A stretch of 63,956 bases of DNA, the filler included, from Octopus bimaculoides (taxonomy: Eukaryota), in the NCBI RefSeq assembly GCF_001194135.2. It is 6 parts of 5 records of this genome, joined end to end, with 100 filler letters (N's around TTAATTAATTAA, not from the genome) between each part and the next. Parts side by side here need not be neighbours in the genome. Positions count along the whole stretch, not along the records: positions 29,551 to 46,765 come from NC_068993.1; positions 46,866 to 58,391 come from NC_068994.1; 4 more parts are not named here. One strand, written 5' to 3'. A program made the position numbers and the translations under genes. Positions 39,662 to 53,003 of the stretch are shown here, piece by piece (positions within the stretch are counted from its first letter, which is position 1; every line of letters begins with the position of its first letter). Under the pieces are notes generated by a model, which was not told the DNA's origin, searched no databases, and saw nothing but the letters and a program-made list of their open reading frames with translations.

Positions 39662-41167
39662 TATCTCAGTTGTTCTGGTTATCATTGCCTGGTGGTCATA
39701 ATTGGTCAGTTAACTTGGCATTTAGTTATAATTCACATACACTTTCTGCCTTCTTTCTGTCAGTTAATATAAAATTTGGTTTAGCATTGAGTTCCACTGT
39801 ATTTTCATTCATTGGACAAAACTTAAATCAATAAGAGAGGAAAGTGTATCATCATCACCATCATTTCATCATTTAATGTCCACTTTTCCCATCCTTGCAG
39901 GGGTCAGACGGAATTTGTTGAGGCAGATTTTCTTTGGCTGGATGCCCTTTCTTCTGCTATGCCTCACCTGTTCCTTAATAAGATAATATTTTTTATGACC
40001 AGACAGGTTTTTATGGAAAATTGTATATAAACAACATCATATATATGGAGGCGATTCTTGTGTGGAAATAGGTGAGAGTTGGCAACAGGAAGGGCATCTG
40101 ACCATAGAAAATCTGCTTTACCAAACTCTGTCAGATCCATGTGAGCATAGAACAGTAGACTTCAGAACAGAAATGACGATGATGATGACAGATCTGAAGA
40201 AGGCAGCTGAAATTGCATTGGTTAACCCAAGGATATGGTAGAAGATAAAGGCATTTCTCCAATGTTGCTGTGTAGTGAAATTGAACTTGGAAGCCATGGG
40301 TTTGCAAAGCAAACTTTTTAACTACACAGCCATGCCTGTATCCATATAATCTCTAACACTTCTAACTATATATTTTTTTTCTGAAATGTATTTTCTTTAT
40401 TTTTGCCTTAACCCGTTTGATGCTAACCCACTTGAGATTGTTCCTGGTTCTATGATACAAGTTTCTTGTTTCAAAATTATCTAAATTAAAACCTTCCATC
40501 ATTAATTTATGTTCCAAACTAGTTTGATAATAACAACACTATTTTACAAAATTTATTGAAATAAAATAAGTGTATTTCAACAGAATGGTAACAAAATGGT
40601 TAAACTTGAAATATATTAGTTTCATTATTTTGATTAGTAATCTTGCTTTAATAACAAAGTGGGGTTGTTCAGTGAAATATTGAGTCATATCCTTTAAAGT
40701 CAATGACTTGTAGGGACCATAATATATTACAGAGTATATTAAATGAAACATTGTTACGTATCAGTGCTGGCTATAATTTCTATAGAAAATCTGTAGATAT
40801 AGCCTTAACAAATGATTTAATAGCACTGCTAACACAGTAGAACACAGTTTTGATTTATAAGAGTTGGACGTGTTGCTGATGGAAGAGCAAGAACTCCTGA
40901 AATGTGACATATACACCCATTACCCATTTCTCATCTTCAATCTCATTGTTGTTTACATTAGGCATATTCAGATATGAAATGTCATAACAAATCAGTGATG
41001 GTTATAATTTCTATACAAAATCTGTAGAGTTAACCTTAACAAGTGATACTGTAAAATATCTAACCTAATTCTTTGTTTCTGAACCATGTTAACTTCTCCC
41101 TGTGGAGAAACTATTTAAATATAGTTTGAGTTTCTTGTTAGTATTGTGGTTTTCCTCTATTCTCTAG

Positions 41168-41271
41168 GATTTTGACCAGGATGGATTGGAAGTGGATCTG
41201 TCTTTACTGAAATATGGCATCAAAAAGAATAGAATAGACAGTGTAGCTGCCAGAGTGAATGATAAATCGAA
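41168..41271 (+). CDS. STIL: STIL exon DFDQDGLEVDLSLLKYGIKKNRIDSVAARVNDKS(K)
   Basis: Strong pyrimidine tract + TAG, GAA|GTAAGT donor; open in phase 0 to 2 and joins in frame to 43564. Confidence 0.75.
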
Positions 41272-42174
41272 GTAAGTCATTAGTCTCTTTTTGTGTTTTT
41301 TTAATAGTCTGTCTTTATTCAATGGTTTGAAAGCTATGTGTCATGTTGTTGTGAGGGCCACATCAATATACACATACATGGTCACACACATTTCTTTACT
41401 TGCATCTTCAACTTCTGATGGAGTCATAGAGGCCACTGTTATCAAATACCATGTGTCTTGGGCAGTTTAAACCTGGCAGAACCAGGTCTGAACAAAACTG
41501 ATTTCTTCCAGATAGAATGATACAAGAGAGAGAAGAGAAATTGACTCCAGTGCTTGGCTGGACTGCTACAGTATTTATCAACACCAAAAGGATGAAAGGC
41601 AAAATTCACCTCAGAGTACAAAGAGCTGAAGTGAATTACAAGGCTGTCTGTCTAATATTGTAGTAACTCTGCCAACTCACCAACTGTGTGTGTTTGTGTG
41701 TGTGTATATAGACTTGGCTGTGTGGTTAAGAAGCTTGCTTGCTTCCTAACCATGTGGTCTTGGATTCAATCCCACCATGTGGCATATTAGGCAAGTGCCT
41801 TCTATAGTCCCTGGCTTATGAGTGGGATTGGAAGACAGAAACGGAAAGAAGCCTATCATATATGCGTGTGTGTGTGATTTTTTTTGAAAATGTTATGGTG
41901 TGATTTAAGAGAGATTTGGTTGTTGTTTCTAGTAGATCAAGCAACCATGTAGCAGCTCTCTTATTGATTTATTTGGATGGAATTTGTTAAGGTGGAGTAT
42001 TTTATATGGACTGACACCAATCCTTATTTTCAAGCAAAGTAATGTTTCCCCATTGGTGGATATGTCTTCAGGGAAGACATCACTTGTGTGACATTGATGC
42101 TTGTTATAATCATCACATGATGGTTATAAGGAGACACAGATACATACACACACACACACATGCATGCACATACA

Positions 42175-42213
<39 letters not shown>

Positions 42214-42710
42214 CTACCTACATCTGTCTGTCTAATCTATCTAATCTATATATATATATATTTATATATATCTATATCTATATATGTGTATGTATGTATG
42301 TATGTACATACCCACACACACACATGTATATGTATATATGACAGGCTTCTTTCAGTTTCTGCCTACCGAATCCACTTACAAAGGTTTTGGTCAGCTCTGG
42401 GCTGTAGTAGAAGACACTTGCTCAAGATGGCATGCAGTGGAACTGAACCTGAAACCATGTGGTTGAGAAGTGAACTTCTTAATCATACAGCCATGTTTGA
42501 TAAAATAATTTAAATTCAACTAAAGTAACTGAAATTTATAAACATTTGAAATTTATTGAAGCAGACTTTTTGTGGCCAGATATGCTTCCTGTCTCCAACT
42601 TTTGCCTGTTCCTAAGCAAGGTCTTATTTGTCTGTAGTCCTTTGAACATGAACTGTAAAATGGTTCAACAGTTTCCATGAATGACATTGCTTGTATGAAA
42701 GTGACATTTT

Positions 42711-43122
42711 ACTCTTTTACTCTTTTACTTGTTTCAGTCATTTGACTGCGGCCATGCTGGAGTACTGCCTTTAGTCGAATCAAATCGACCTCAGGACTTA
42801 TTCTTTGTAAGCCTAGTACTTATTCTATCGGTCTCTTTTGCCGAATTGCTAAGTTACGGGGACCTAAACACACCAGCATCGGTTGTCAAGCTATGTTGGG
42901 GGGGGACAAACACAGACACACAAACATATACACACACATATATATATATGCATATATACGACGGGCTTCTTTCAGTTTCCGTCTACCAAATCCACTCACA
43001 AGGCTTTGGTCGGCCCGAGGCTATAGTAGAAGACACTTGCCCAAGGTGTCACACAGTGGGACTGAACCCAGAACCATGTGGTTGGTAAGCAAGCTACTTA
43101 CCACACAGCCACTCCTGTGCCT
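42711..43122 (-). mobile_element. Full-length family-B tRNA-derived SINE
   Basis: On the minus strand: A-box-like TGGCTGTGTGG, B-box-like GGTTCAGTCCC, internal (TA/CA)n, tail GACTGAAACAAGTAAAAGAGTAAAAGAG. Confidence 0.8.
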
Positions 43123-43563
43123 ATTTGTTTATAATTAGTGCACAATGTCAAGAAAAGGGGACAAACACCCATTCATGCACACACATACTTACTGATGCGC
43201 ACGCACGTGCGCACACACACACAGATACAGTGTGCTTCATTTAGTTCCTGTTTATCAGATCCACTCTCATGACTTTGGTTCACTTGGGGCTATAGTAGAA
43301 GACACTTGCCCAAAGTGCCACATAGACCGAACCAAATCTCACATGGTTACCAATTAAACTTCTTTACCACATACCCATGCCTGGCACAAAAGTAGTGTAA
43401 GTTTAAGATAATTTTAGAAAGAACAGTTAGCTTTTTAACTATAGCTATTGTTACTACCACTCAAATGTTGTAATTGTAATTTTACTTGTTTAATTTGTTT
43501 TTTATATCTAATTAGTATTTAACTTAGTAAGAAACTCAATTTTCCGCATTTATTATTTTTCAG

Positions 43564-43636
43564 AAGCAAGCCCAGTTCTTCATGTGTGAATGATGAAATA
43601 ATTCCAAGAACAATTCCTACTCCTCATCAATCAAAG
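43564..43636 (+). CDS. STIL: STIL exon (last visible) SKPSSSCVNDEIIPRTIPTPHQSK
   Basis: tttttcag acceptor, AAG|GTTATT donor; PRTIPTPH matches STIL SPRPIPSPHP. Confidence 0.8.
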
Positions 43637-43781
43637 GTTATTAATTATTCTTCTGTATGTTCATTTACTTATGTTGTTTTTTAGCCCCAGTTGATCAAAC
43701 CTATGATTGAAGGCATTCCAGCCATGACTATCCTTTGCAGTTTATTTCAGATTACATATCCAATATTCTTCAGTCACTTTT

Positions 43782-44222
43782 TTGACCCTTTAATATTTAA
43801 ACTGGTCATATCCTGCCCAAATATACTACCTGTTTTATGATTAAATCGGCCAGATCTTGCCTCTCACACGTACCCTACAATGTAATTCTAAAAATAATGT
43901 CACATCATCAAAATCTTGAAGCTACAAAATAATGCATTAAAAACCATTTAGCATTTAAGATTATTCTATCCAATGTAATGCTTATTGTTTTAAATTCATC
44001 ATGTATTATCTCGTAGTTTTGAGATTCCAGCAAGGTGATTGTATATTTTTAGAATGATATTGTAGGGTACGTGTGAGAGGATGGATCTGGCTGGTTTGAA
44101 CATAAAATAGGTAGAATACTTGGGCCTGATATGACTGGTTTAAATGATAAAGGATTTATCCAAAACAATATGATGAAATAAGTATCACATTTGACAGAGT
44201 AATCTAAATGCTGAAGGGTTAA
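43782..44222. mobile_element. Nested piggyBac-type MITEs: an inverted copy (~43941-44154) inside a forward copy
   Basis: Outer termini TTGA-CCCTTT and AAGGG-TTAA; the inner copy is the reverse complement of the same family. Confidence 0.65.
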
Positions 44223-46718
44223 TGACTGTAAGATGTGATTCAAGAGAGATTTGGTTGCTATTTCTAGTAGGATGAGCAATCATGCAGACGATCCCTCATT
44301 GATGCAATTCATTTCCTTCTTTTATCTAATTGTGGAGGGATTCAGTCCCCTCTATTGAATTGCAATGTCTGAGTTGACCCCTGACTCAGAATACTGTGTA
44401 TGATTTCAAACCCTGGTAATGCTTTTGTTTTTGATCCTAGGGAACTGGGCAGTAATCCAATTCCACATTCCCAATTGAATTGACCTATGACCAAAGATCA
44501 AGTCATGACCATCCTACCTTTTTGTAAAGATATTTGGGTGTGAATTAATGGAGATATGACTGCTATTTCTAGGTATTTGAATGACTCTGTACAGACTCCA
44601 TTGTTGTCTTACCACACACACACACACACACACACAATAGGTTTCCACAGTTTCCATCTACCAAATTCATTTGCATTGGTTGGTCTGTGGCTGCAGTAGA
44701 AAACATTTGCCTAAGGTACCTTACAATGGGACTGAACCTGAAACAATTTGGTTGCAAACAGAGCTTCTTAACCACACGGCCATACCTCACTGCCTTAATC
44801 ATTAACTACTGTTTAAAAATTTTTTTTTTTTTATATATAATTAGAGAGAGTGGTGAAATTGATGTAGATGATGTTTCAGCTCAAACATCTTTATACCAAT
44901 ATGAGTAGGGACAGAAATCTGGAGGAGCAGTTCTTGGATGGAATAGATGGGAAAAGTGTTGATAGACTGTCTTATCCAATCTGTCTTCTTGTGAAGATGA
45001 GCAGAAGCTATTGTAATAGTGGTAGAAGTGGAGTAGAGAAGAAACAGCATGTCTTCTAGACAGTTGCTGCTGTTGTTGATGGTAGTGTGGTGGTGATTGT
45101 GGGTAGACCCAGGCATTCCAACCATGACTGTCTTGTTTTTATCTTATGTACAGAGAATCCAGGACTCATTTATTTTTCTAAAGTAGTAAGGGTGTGAGTT
45201 AAGGGACATCTGGCTGCTATTTCTAGCAAGGTAGGTGACTATGTAGAGGTTCCTTCAGTTTGTATAAGACATTTGCCTGAGGTGCCCCACAGTAGAATTG
45301 AACTTTAGTCCACGTGGTTGAGGAGCAAGCTCCTTATCCACATAGACCAGCTTGTTTCTTCTGTGACACCATTGTTCAAAATTTTATAGCCCTGTCCCTG
45401 TTATGGATTTTCTGCCATCGCAGTGAGACTTTGCTTGTTTATTTTATATCACTTTGTTCATAATAGCATTGATAGGAAGATTACAAATACAGACATGTTC
45501 ATATTGTTGGAGAGCAATTATTTTTACTGTTGGATGCTCATGCTAATCATTCAGCTAACAAATCAACTTTACTTTTTTTCCGTGTTGTCTCCTGCTATTG
45601 TTTTCTCAAAAATTAGTTACAAATTACCATCCATTTTTGGATGGTTTAAGAGAACAGTTACATGTGTTCTTACATCCGTGTATGAAACTATGGGACTCCT
45701 AGATTAATGATGGGAATATTGAAAGAGTGCAATGAGGCAAAGTGAAGCAAACAAAAAATATTATTTATCTTTCTTGGGAAGACACACTTAAATGGCTTTA
45801 GAATATGCTTGTGCTTTTCACCCATAGATTCAGCCAGTCAGCTGTCATCTTCAGCTCAGCAATTGTGTCACATAGTTAACAAAACAAGAAGACAAAAAAC
45901 AAACCCTATTGAATTTTTATTGATTTCTTATATACGTTTTTCAGATTTATATGAAAGGGAAATGGAGACCATTCATGTCTTTATCTCTCACAAACAAGAT
46001 AAATTGTTTAAAACATCAAATGTTTATGTTTTCTGCTGCTCTATTTATGCATGTTTTTCATTATCAACAGTATTCATAAATGTATGATTAGCTCTATAGA
46101 TTTTTTCTTTTAGTTGATGAACAAATGGTGGCTGTATTGTTCATGATTTTTCTTTTTTTGTTGGAGCATTATAATTGTAAGTGAAGTGAAACTATTCAAA
46201 CAAAGAATTGGAATATGTCCTTGGACTCAGTTTGTCAGGACTTTAATGCTAGTGCACAATTCTTAGTATCCATTTGTAATGGATCTAAACACATTTTATA
46301 TATATGCAGGTGTGGTTGTATGGTAAGAAGCTTGCTTCCCAGCCACATGGTTCTGAGTTCAGTCCCACTGTGTGGCACCTGAGTAAGTGTCTTTTACTAT
46401 AACCTGATCAACCAAAGCCTTGTGAGTAGATTCGGTAGACAGAGATTCAAAGAAGCCCATCATGTGTATGTTTACACCACTGCTTGACAATTGGTGCTAG
46501 TGTGTTTATGTCCACATGGTTTGGTAAAAGTGACTGATAGAATAAGTACCAGCCTTAAACAAAAAAAAAGTTGGGGTTGATTCACTTGATTAAAACAAAA
46601 TTTCTTCAAGGTAGTGCCCTAGTATGGCCACAGTCTGATGAGTGAAACAAGTAAAAGATAAAGTTAAAGATATGTGTGTGTGTGCATATGTATGTAGATA
46701 TATGTATATGTGTGTGTG

Positions 46719-46765
<47 letters not shown>

Positions 46766-47427
46766 NNNNNNNNNNNNNNNNNNNNNNNNNNNNNNNNNNN
46801 NNNNNNNNNTTAATTAATTAANNNNNNNNNNNNNNNNNNNNNNNNNNNNNNNNNNNNNNNNNNNNTTATATATGCGTGTACATACCTACCTACATACCTA
46901 TATACACGTATGTGGCTGATCGTGTAACACTGGAGCAACATTTCCAGCAGAGAAAAAAGGCCAGCGCCTATCTCGACCAAGTTTGCGAACACCAGAATAA
47001 AAACATCATTAGGATAACTAACGAATTTGAGAAAAGACACGTGAAACCGAAGCTGACACAGATTTTTCTTTAAAGGAACATTTGCCAATCTAGTTTAATA
47101 CAGCACTCAAATAAAATAAAATACACGAAAATATATTAGACAAATTTCCTGAAGAGCTTGTACTTACGCGGCTGTTAGGAGCTGAGAAGCCCGCTTTTCA
47201 ACTATGTGGTTTCGGATTAAATCCCACTGTGTAACACCTTGGCGGTTGAGTGTCCTTTACTATTTATCCCCGAGCCGACTAACAACCTGTGAAGTGAATT
47301 TGGAAAGAGTGTTAAACACTTTTGGTATGCAAATTAGGGACCCCTTCATAGAGTAACTGCTGCATTTGTTGAGTATATAAGCTGTTTAGCTACTTATTTC
47401 TCTGGAGACTGTCATAATGCTGTAGAC

Positions 47428-47471
47428 GCCTCTGATGAGAACCCAGTAAGGTTCGAAAAATCGATTAAGGT
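47428..47471 (+). ncRNA. Minimal type I hammerhead ribozyme, copy 1
   Basis: GCCT-CTGATGA-GAACC-cagtaa-GGTTC-GAA-AAATCGATT-A-AGGT: intact CUGAUGA/GAAA core, perfect 5-bp stem II, short stem III, UUA cleavage triplet, stem I GCCT/AGGT with one G-U pair. Confidence 0.8.
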
Positions 47472-47735
47472 TGTTCATAATTTTTTTTGCAGTATGCGGA
47501 GAAATGGCTAAAATTTGCCCTGTTTATAATTATACCATATGTTATATATTTATTATATCATACCTTGATAGTGTGTGGACTAACGCACTCGTTGACAGGC
47601 CGTTGGTATTTATAGAGCGTTAAACACTTTCGGTATGCAAATTAGGGACTCCTTCATAGAGTAACTACTGCATTTGTTGAATATATAAGCAGTTTAGCTA
47701 CTTATTTCTCTGAAGGCTGTCAGAATGATGTAGAC

Positions 47736-47778
47736 GCCTCTGATGAGAACCCTGTAAGGTACGAAAATCGATTAAGGC
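47736..47778 (+). ncRNA. Minimal type I hammerhead ribozyme, copy 2
   Basis: GCCT-CTGATGA-GAACC-ctgtaa-GGTAC-GAA-AATCGATT-A-AGGC: intact core, perfect stem I, palindromic stem III AATCGATT, one A-A mismatch in stem II. Confidence 0.75.
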
Positions 47779-49936
47779 TATTCATAATTTTTTTGCAGGC
47801 TGCGGAGAAATGGCTAAAATTTGCTCTGTTTATAATTATACCATATGTCACATATTTATTATATCATATCTTGATAGTGTGTGGACTAACATACCCGTTG
47901 ACAGGCCGCTAGTATTTATTGAGAAGTGGCTAACATTTTCCCTGTTTATAATCACACCATATNNNNNNNNNNNNNNNNNNNNNNNNNNNNNNNNNNNNNN
48001 NNNNNNNNNNNNNNNNNNNNNNNNNNNNNNNNNNNNNNNNNNNNNNNNNNNNNNNNNNNNNNNNNNNNNNNNNNNNNNNNNNNNNNNNNNNNNNNNNNNN
48101 NNNNNNNNNNNNNNNNNNNNNNNNNNNNNNNNNNNNNNNNNNNNNNNNNNNNNNNNNNNNNNNNNNNNNNNNNNNNNNNNNNNNNNNNNNNNNNNNNNNN
48201 NNNNNNNNNNNNNNNNNNNNNNNNNNNNNNNNNNNNNNNNNNNNNNNNNNNNNNNNNNNNNNNNNNNNNNNNNNNNNNNNNNNNNNNNNNNNNNNNNNNN
48301 NNNNNNNNNNNNNNNNNNNNNNNNNNNNNNNNNNNNNNNNNNNNNNNNNNNNNNNNNNNNNNNNNNNNNNNNNNNNNNNNNNNNGGGGGGGGGCTGTAAG
48401 TGGATTACATCTACCCCAGTGCTTAACTGGTGCGTATTTTATTGATACCGAAAAGATGAACAGGAAAAGTCGACTTCGGCAGAATTTGAAAAAAATCCGA
48501 CGAAATGCCGCTAGGCGAGTTAACGATTATGCCAACTCGCCGCTTTATGGGGATAATTCTTTCTACTAAAGGCAAAGGGCCTGAAATTTTTTGCGGCGGG
48601 AACTAGTTGATTACATCGGCCCCAGTGTTTTGCTGTTACTTAATTTATCGACCCCGAAATGACGAAAGGCAAAATCGACCTCGGCGTAATTTGAACTAAG
48701 GACGTAAAGACGGACGAAATGTCGCTAAGCATTTTGTCCGGCATATTAACTATTCTGCCAGCTCCCCGCCTTCTTGAATAATGAAACAATGAAGTCATTG
48801 ATACATTATGTCAGCATTAGAAAAAAAACAACAAAAGAACAAATCAGGATGGATGGTCACAAATGGAATGCCGTTTAGCATAGTTCTGCTTGGTTCATGG
48901 TTGGTCTGGAGCTAATCAACGATACATGTACACCCCGCCACACACAAACTCACACACATATATACAAATACTCAGACACATACATACACACATATACACA
49001 CACATACACATACATATACACCTACATACATATATGCAGAAGACAATCTTTCGGATATTTACGGCCACCATGATGTAGCAAGGAAACTTCGAAGGGTTGC
49101 GTGTGAAACAGAACGCTGTAACCCGCTGTTATGTCATTGGATATCCGCCCGGTATATCTGTATTCAAATAACCTCCTTCACCCACTCCTTCTACCCCTCC
49201 GAAACCTATGGTAACACTAAACCCTCAACAATGTCGTTACCGTGCTGTCTACGACATATTCCGTGTGCATAGACCACCGCAACATGCTGTTATGACATTT
49301 GATATCTGCCCGGCATATTTGTAATCAATAGCAGCCTAGCTTTTGAAACTTAGAATATATTAAGACGTAACAGAAACACGCAAGAGAATGTATGTATGTA
49401 TGTATGTATGTATGTATGCATGTATGTATGTATAGATGGCTGGGTGAATGCATGAAAATATGTACAAGTATGTGTTCGTACTTACGTGTGTGTATATATA
49501 TACGTACGTACACGTATGCATACATGTATGTGTGTGTGAAGAGATACATACATACAAACTTACATACGTGCATACATAGATATATTCATAGTCATACGCG
49601 AACAGATGTTTACATGTGTGTATGATGTAGGTAAGCATGAATGTATGTATGTATGCATGTATGTATGTATGTATGTANNNNNNNNNNNNNNNNNNNNNNN
49701 NNNNNNNNNNNNNNNNNNNNNNNNNNNNNNNNNNNNNNNNNNNNNNNNNNNNNNNNNNNNNNNNNNNNNNNNNNNNNNNNNNNNNNNNNNNNNNNNNNNN
49801 NNNNNNNNNNNNNNNNNNNNNNNNNNNNNNNNNNNNNNNNNNNNNNNNNNNNNNNNNNNNNNNNNNNNNNNNNNNNNNNNNNNNNNNNNNNNNNNNNNNN
49901 NNNNNNNNNNNNNNNNNNNNNNNNNNNNNNNNNNNN

Positions 49937-49967
<31 letters not shown>

Positions 49968-52867
49968 TATATACATATACGTATGAGCATACAAAGACAT
50001 TCATAACTGTAAAATAACTTTCGTTTCTTCTTCTCACTCACGTGATCCTCTATCACTCACTCTCTCCCCACATTCTTCTTCGCTCTTTTCATTCATAATC
50101 TCATACACATATCAAGATCATTGTAAACACTCACATACATTCACATGATTATACTCACGTACACATACTCACTAGAATGATATACATGCAACGACAATTA
50201 TATATAAGCACATACATATACACATACAACCACAAACAACAAAGAGGCACTCATAAAGTCACTCTCTTCTTGTTCATTTAATCTGTCTTTTCTTTACTAT
50301 TCTCTCTTTCCTCCCTCCTTCCCCTTCTGTCTTTGTATCTATATAATATATATAAGTGTTTGGTATTTTCCTGGTAGTCCGCCGATAAAGTACGTTCACT
50401 ACTTGTGGCTACCTGACGTCATCCACGGTAATTACATAACGGCTGAACAACGGCTTAAATCAAACAACATATTGCATTGATTCCGAGCGAAACAGAGTTC
50501 ATTTAACGAGATACCTCTTACTACATCACCTCACGAGACGCTTCTGCTCCGAGGGATGCACAACATCTAGTTTTATAGTTTCCTATCTGCAAGGGATCCA
50601 TGCAGGTTGTGCCGAAACGATCGTTGTGAGCAATAAACATTCCCGCGTATTCCATTTCGGAGACTTTTCCCATTATTCACCAGTTTGGGTATTTATACCC
50701 CGGAAACCCCTAATATCTACACAACTACTAGTCCGATTTAGGCGAAATTTGTTTTATTCCGTTCGTATTTACATTTCAGGGGTCTTAATTTATAGTATTT
50801 TCCCATTATGCGCCAGTTTGACTGAGTAACATTGCAAGCAAACAAGCAAGATTCAAGCTGGCCTTTAATGTATTATAGATGTATGTACGCATGTATGTAT
50901 GTATGTATGTATGTATGTATGTATGTATGTATGTATGTGCGTGTGTATACATATGTAGATAGCTATATCTTCTATCATATCTTTTAAGACTGGTACTTAT
51001 TCCAACGAGGTATTTTGCCGAACAGCAACGTTACGGCGGAGGTAAAGAAACCAATAACCGTTGTCACGTGGTGGGGGAGTCACACACAAACACACAGACA
51101 CACACAGACACACAGACACACACACACACACACACTCACACACACCCACCCACACACACGCACACACGCACGCACGCACGCACACACGCACACACGCACG
51201 CACACGTCTGTCGGTCTGTTTATCTATCTAACTAACTAATTAACTAACTATCCATCAACGTATCTATTTCTTTATATGACATCTTAACGCAACCACACAC
51301 GTTTGTACGTCCATTCTCTATAATGCATTTTAACACAGGTAAAGTAGAACAAATTTAATGGGGGTAGCGAGTACAGTGAGCTAAATTGATCCCAGTACAC
51401 AACTGTTTTTTTTTTATTTTATCAAAACAATAAGAAAGAAAAACAAACAAAGAATGCAATGAAAAATCTCCATCAAATTAGATCCCGGTAGAATTTGAAC
51501 TTAGAACACCAGGGAGCAGAACTGCGAACAGCAAAACATCTTTATCTACGATCCTATCTATACTACCAACACTTTACAAAATTCCCCGTCCAAATAACCC
51601 TCTCTGTTCACGCAGATAGACTCCGGCGCATACACAGATATCCACAAAATTACACAAACACACACTCCGCATACAAGCCCTTACCTACGCACCTGTTCCA
51701 TCCTTCATTAATGTCTTGCCCTCAAGTGTCGTTACAGATGAGAGTACTTGCTAATGAGAAATGCTTAGCCGGGCCAAATCTGCTTGACCTTTGACACTTG
51801 CAACTTGAACCTTGTTCAAATGACACAGGAGGTGGGTGACTAATGTATCTGTCATGGGGTTATAATATACATTATATATACATACACACACGCACACATA
51901 TACATATATATACATACATACATACATAAATACATACAATAAAGCTGAAGATTACTGAAAAAGAGAACANNNNNNNNNNNNNNNNNNNNNNNNNNNNNNN
52001 NNNNNNNNNNNNNNNNNNNNNNNNNNNNNNNNNNNNNNNNNNNNNNNNNNNNNNNNNNNNNNNNNNNNNNNNNNNNNNNNNNNNNNNNNNNNNNNNNNNN
52101 NNNNNNNNNNNNNNNNNNNNNNNNNNNNNNNNNNNNNNNNNNNNNNNNNNNNNNNNNNNNNNNNNNNNNNNNNNNNNNNNNNNNNNNNNNNNNNNNNNNN
52201 NNNNNNNNNNNNNNNNNNNNNNNNNNNNNNNNNNNNNNNNNNNNNNNNNNNNNNNNNNNNNNNNNNNNNNNNNNNNNNNNNNNNNNNNNNNNNNNNNNNN
52301 NNNNNNNNNNNNNNNNNNNNNNNNNNNNNNNNNNNNNNNNNNNNNNNNNNNNNNNNNNNNNNNNNNNNNNNNNNNNNNNNNNNNNNNNNNNNNNNNNNNN
52401 NNNNNNNNNNNNNNNNNNNNNNNNNNNNNNNNNNNNNNNNNNNNNNNNNNNNNNNNNNNNNNNNNNNNNNNNNNNNNNNNNNNNNNNNNNNNNNNNNNNN
52501 NNNNNNNNNNNNNNNNNNNNNNNNNNNNNNNNNNNNNNNNNNNNNNNNNNNNNNNNNNNNNNNNNNNNNNNNNNNNNNNNNNNNNNNNNNNNNNNNNNNN
52601 NNNNNNNNNNNNNNNNNNNNNNNNNNNNNNNNNNNNNNNNNNNNNNNNNNNNNNNNNNNNNNNNNNNNNNNNNNNNNNNNNNNNNNNNNNNNNNNNNNNN
52701 NNNNNNNNNNNNNNNGCTTGCTTGCCAGCCACATGGTTCCGGGTTCAGTCGCAGTGCATGGCACCACGGGCAAGTGTCTTCTACTATAGCCTCGGGCCGA
52801 CCAAAGCCTTGTGAGTGGATTTGGTAGACGGAAACTGAAAGAAGCCCGTCGTATATATGTATATGTA

Positions 52868-53003
52868 TATATATATATCTGGCAACTTTTAAAACTCGAG
52901 ATATTTCTAAATCACTACGCTCAGCCTCTATAACCACAGTAACAGCATGCCTCTCCATTTCTTGAGTAAACTGAGGGTCTGTCATTATTATTTTCTGAAA
53001 CAA
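52868..53003 (-). mobile_element. Tc1/mariner-like transposase N-terminal remnant
   Basis: MERHAVTVVIEAERSDLEISRVLKVAR resembles a transposase N-terminal helix-turn-helix; interrupted by a SINE. Confidence 0.45.

Larger units (their letters stand above)
47311..47960 (+). repeat. 308-bp tandem repeat (2 full units plus a partial sub-repeat running into an N gap), one hammerhead per unit; retrozyme or Penelope pLTR-like
   Basis: Unit starts GTTAAACACTT at 47311 and 47619; the units align along their length; preceded by a decayed SINE head at ~47165-47310. Confidence 0.85.

Noticed and set aside
44849-45870. Possible next STIL exons (SGEIDVDDVS... at ~44849; IQPVSCHL... at ~45828)
   Set aside because: Weak similarity; the first relies on a weak donor, the second hits a stop after 15 codons, and neither has a supporting downstream exon
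46810-46821. TTAATTAATTAA recurring five times (29495, 46810, 58436, 59873, 61439)
   Set aside because: Always embedded in N-runs and encodes stops in all six frames, so it is an assembly spacer rather than biology
51852-53003. Long ORFs in the track (for example 383 aa here; also 55816-56895, 62264-63115, 21322-22005)
   Set aside because: They read through N gaps and (TA)n/(CA)n microsatellites, giving X and YI/HT repeats
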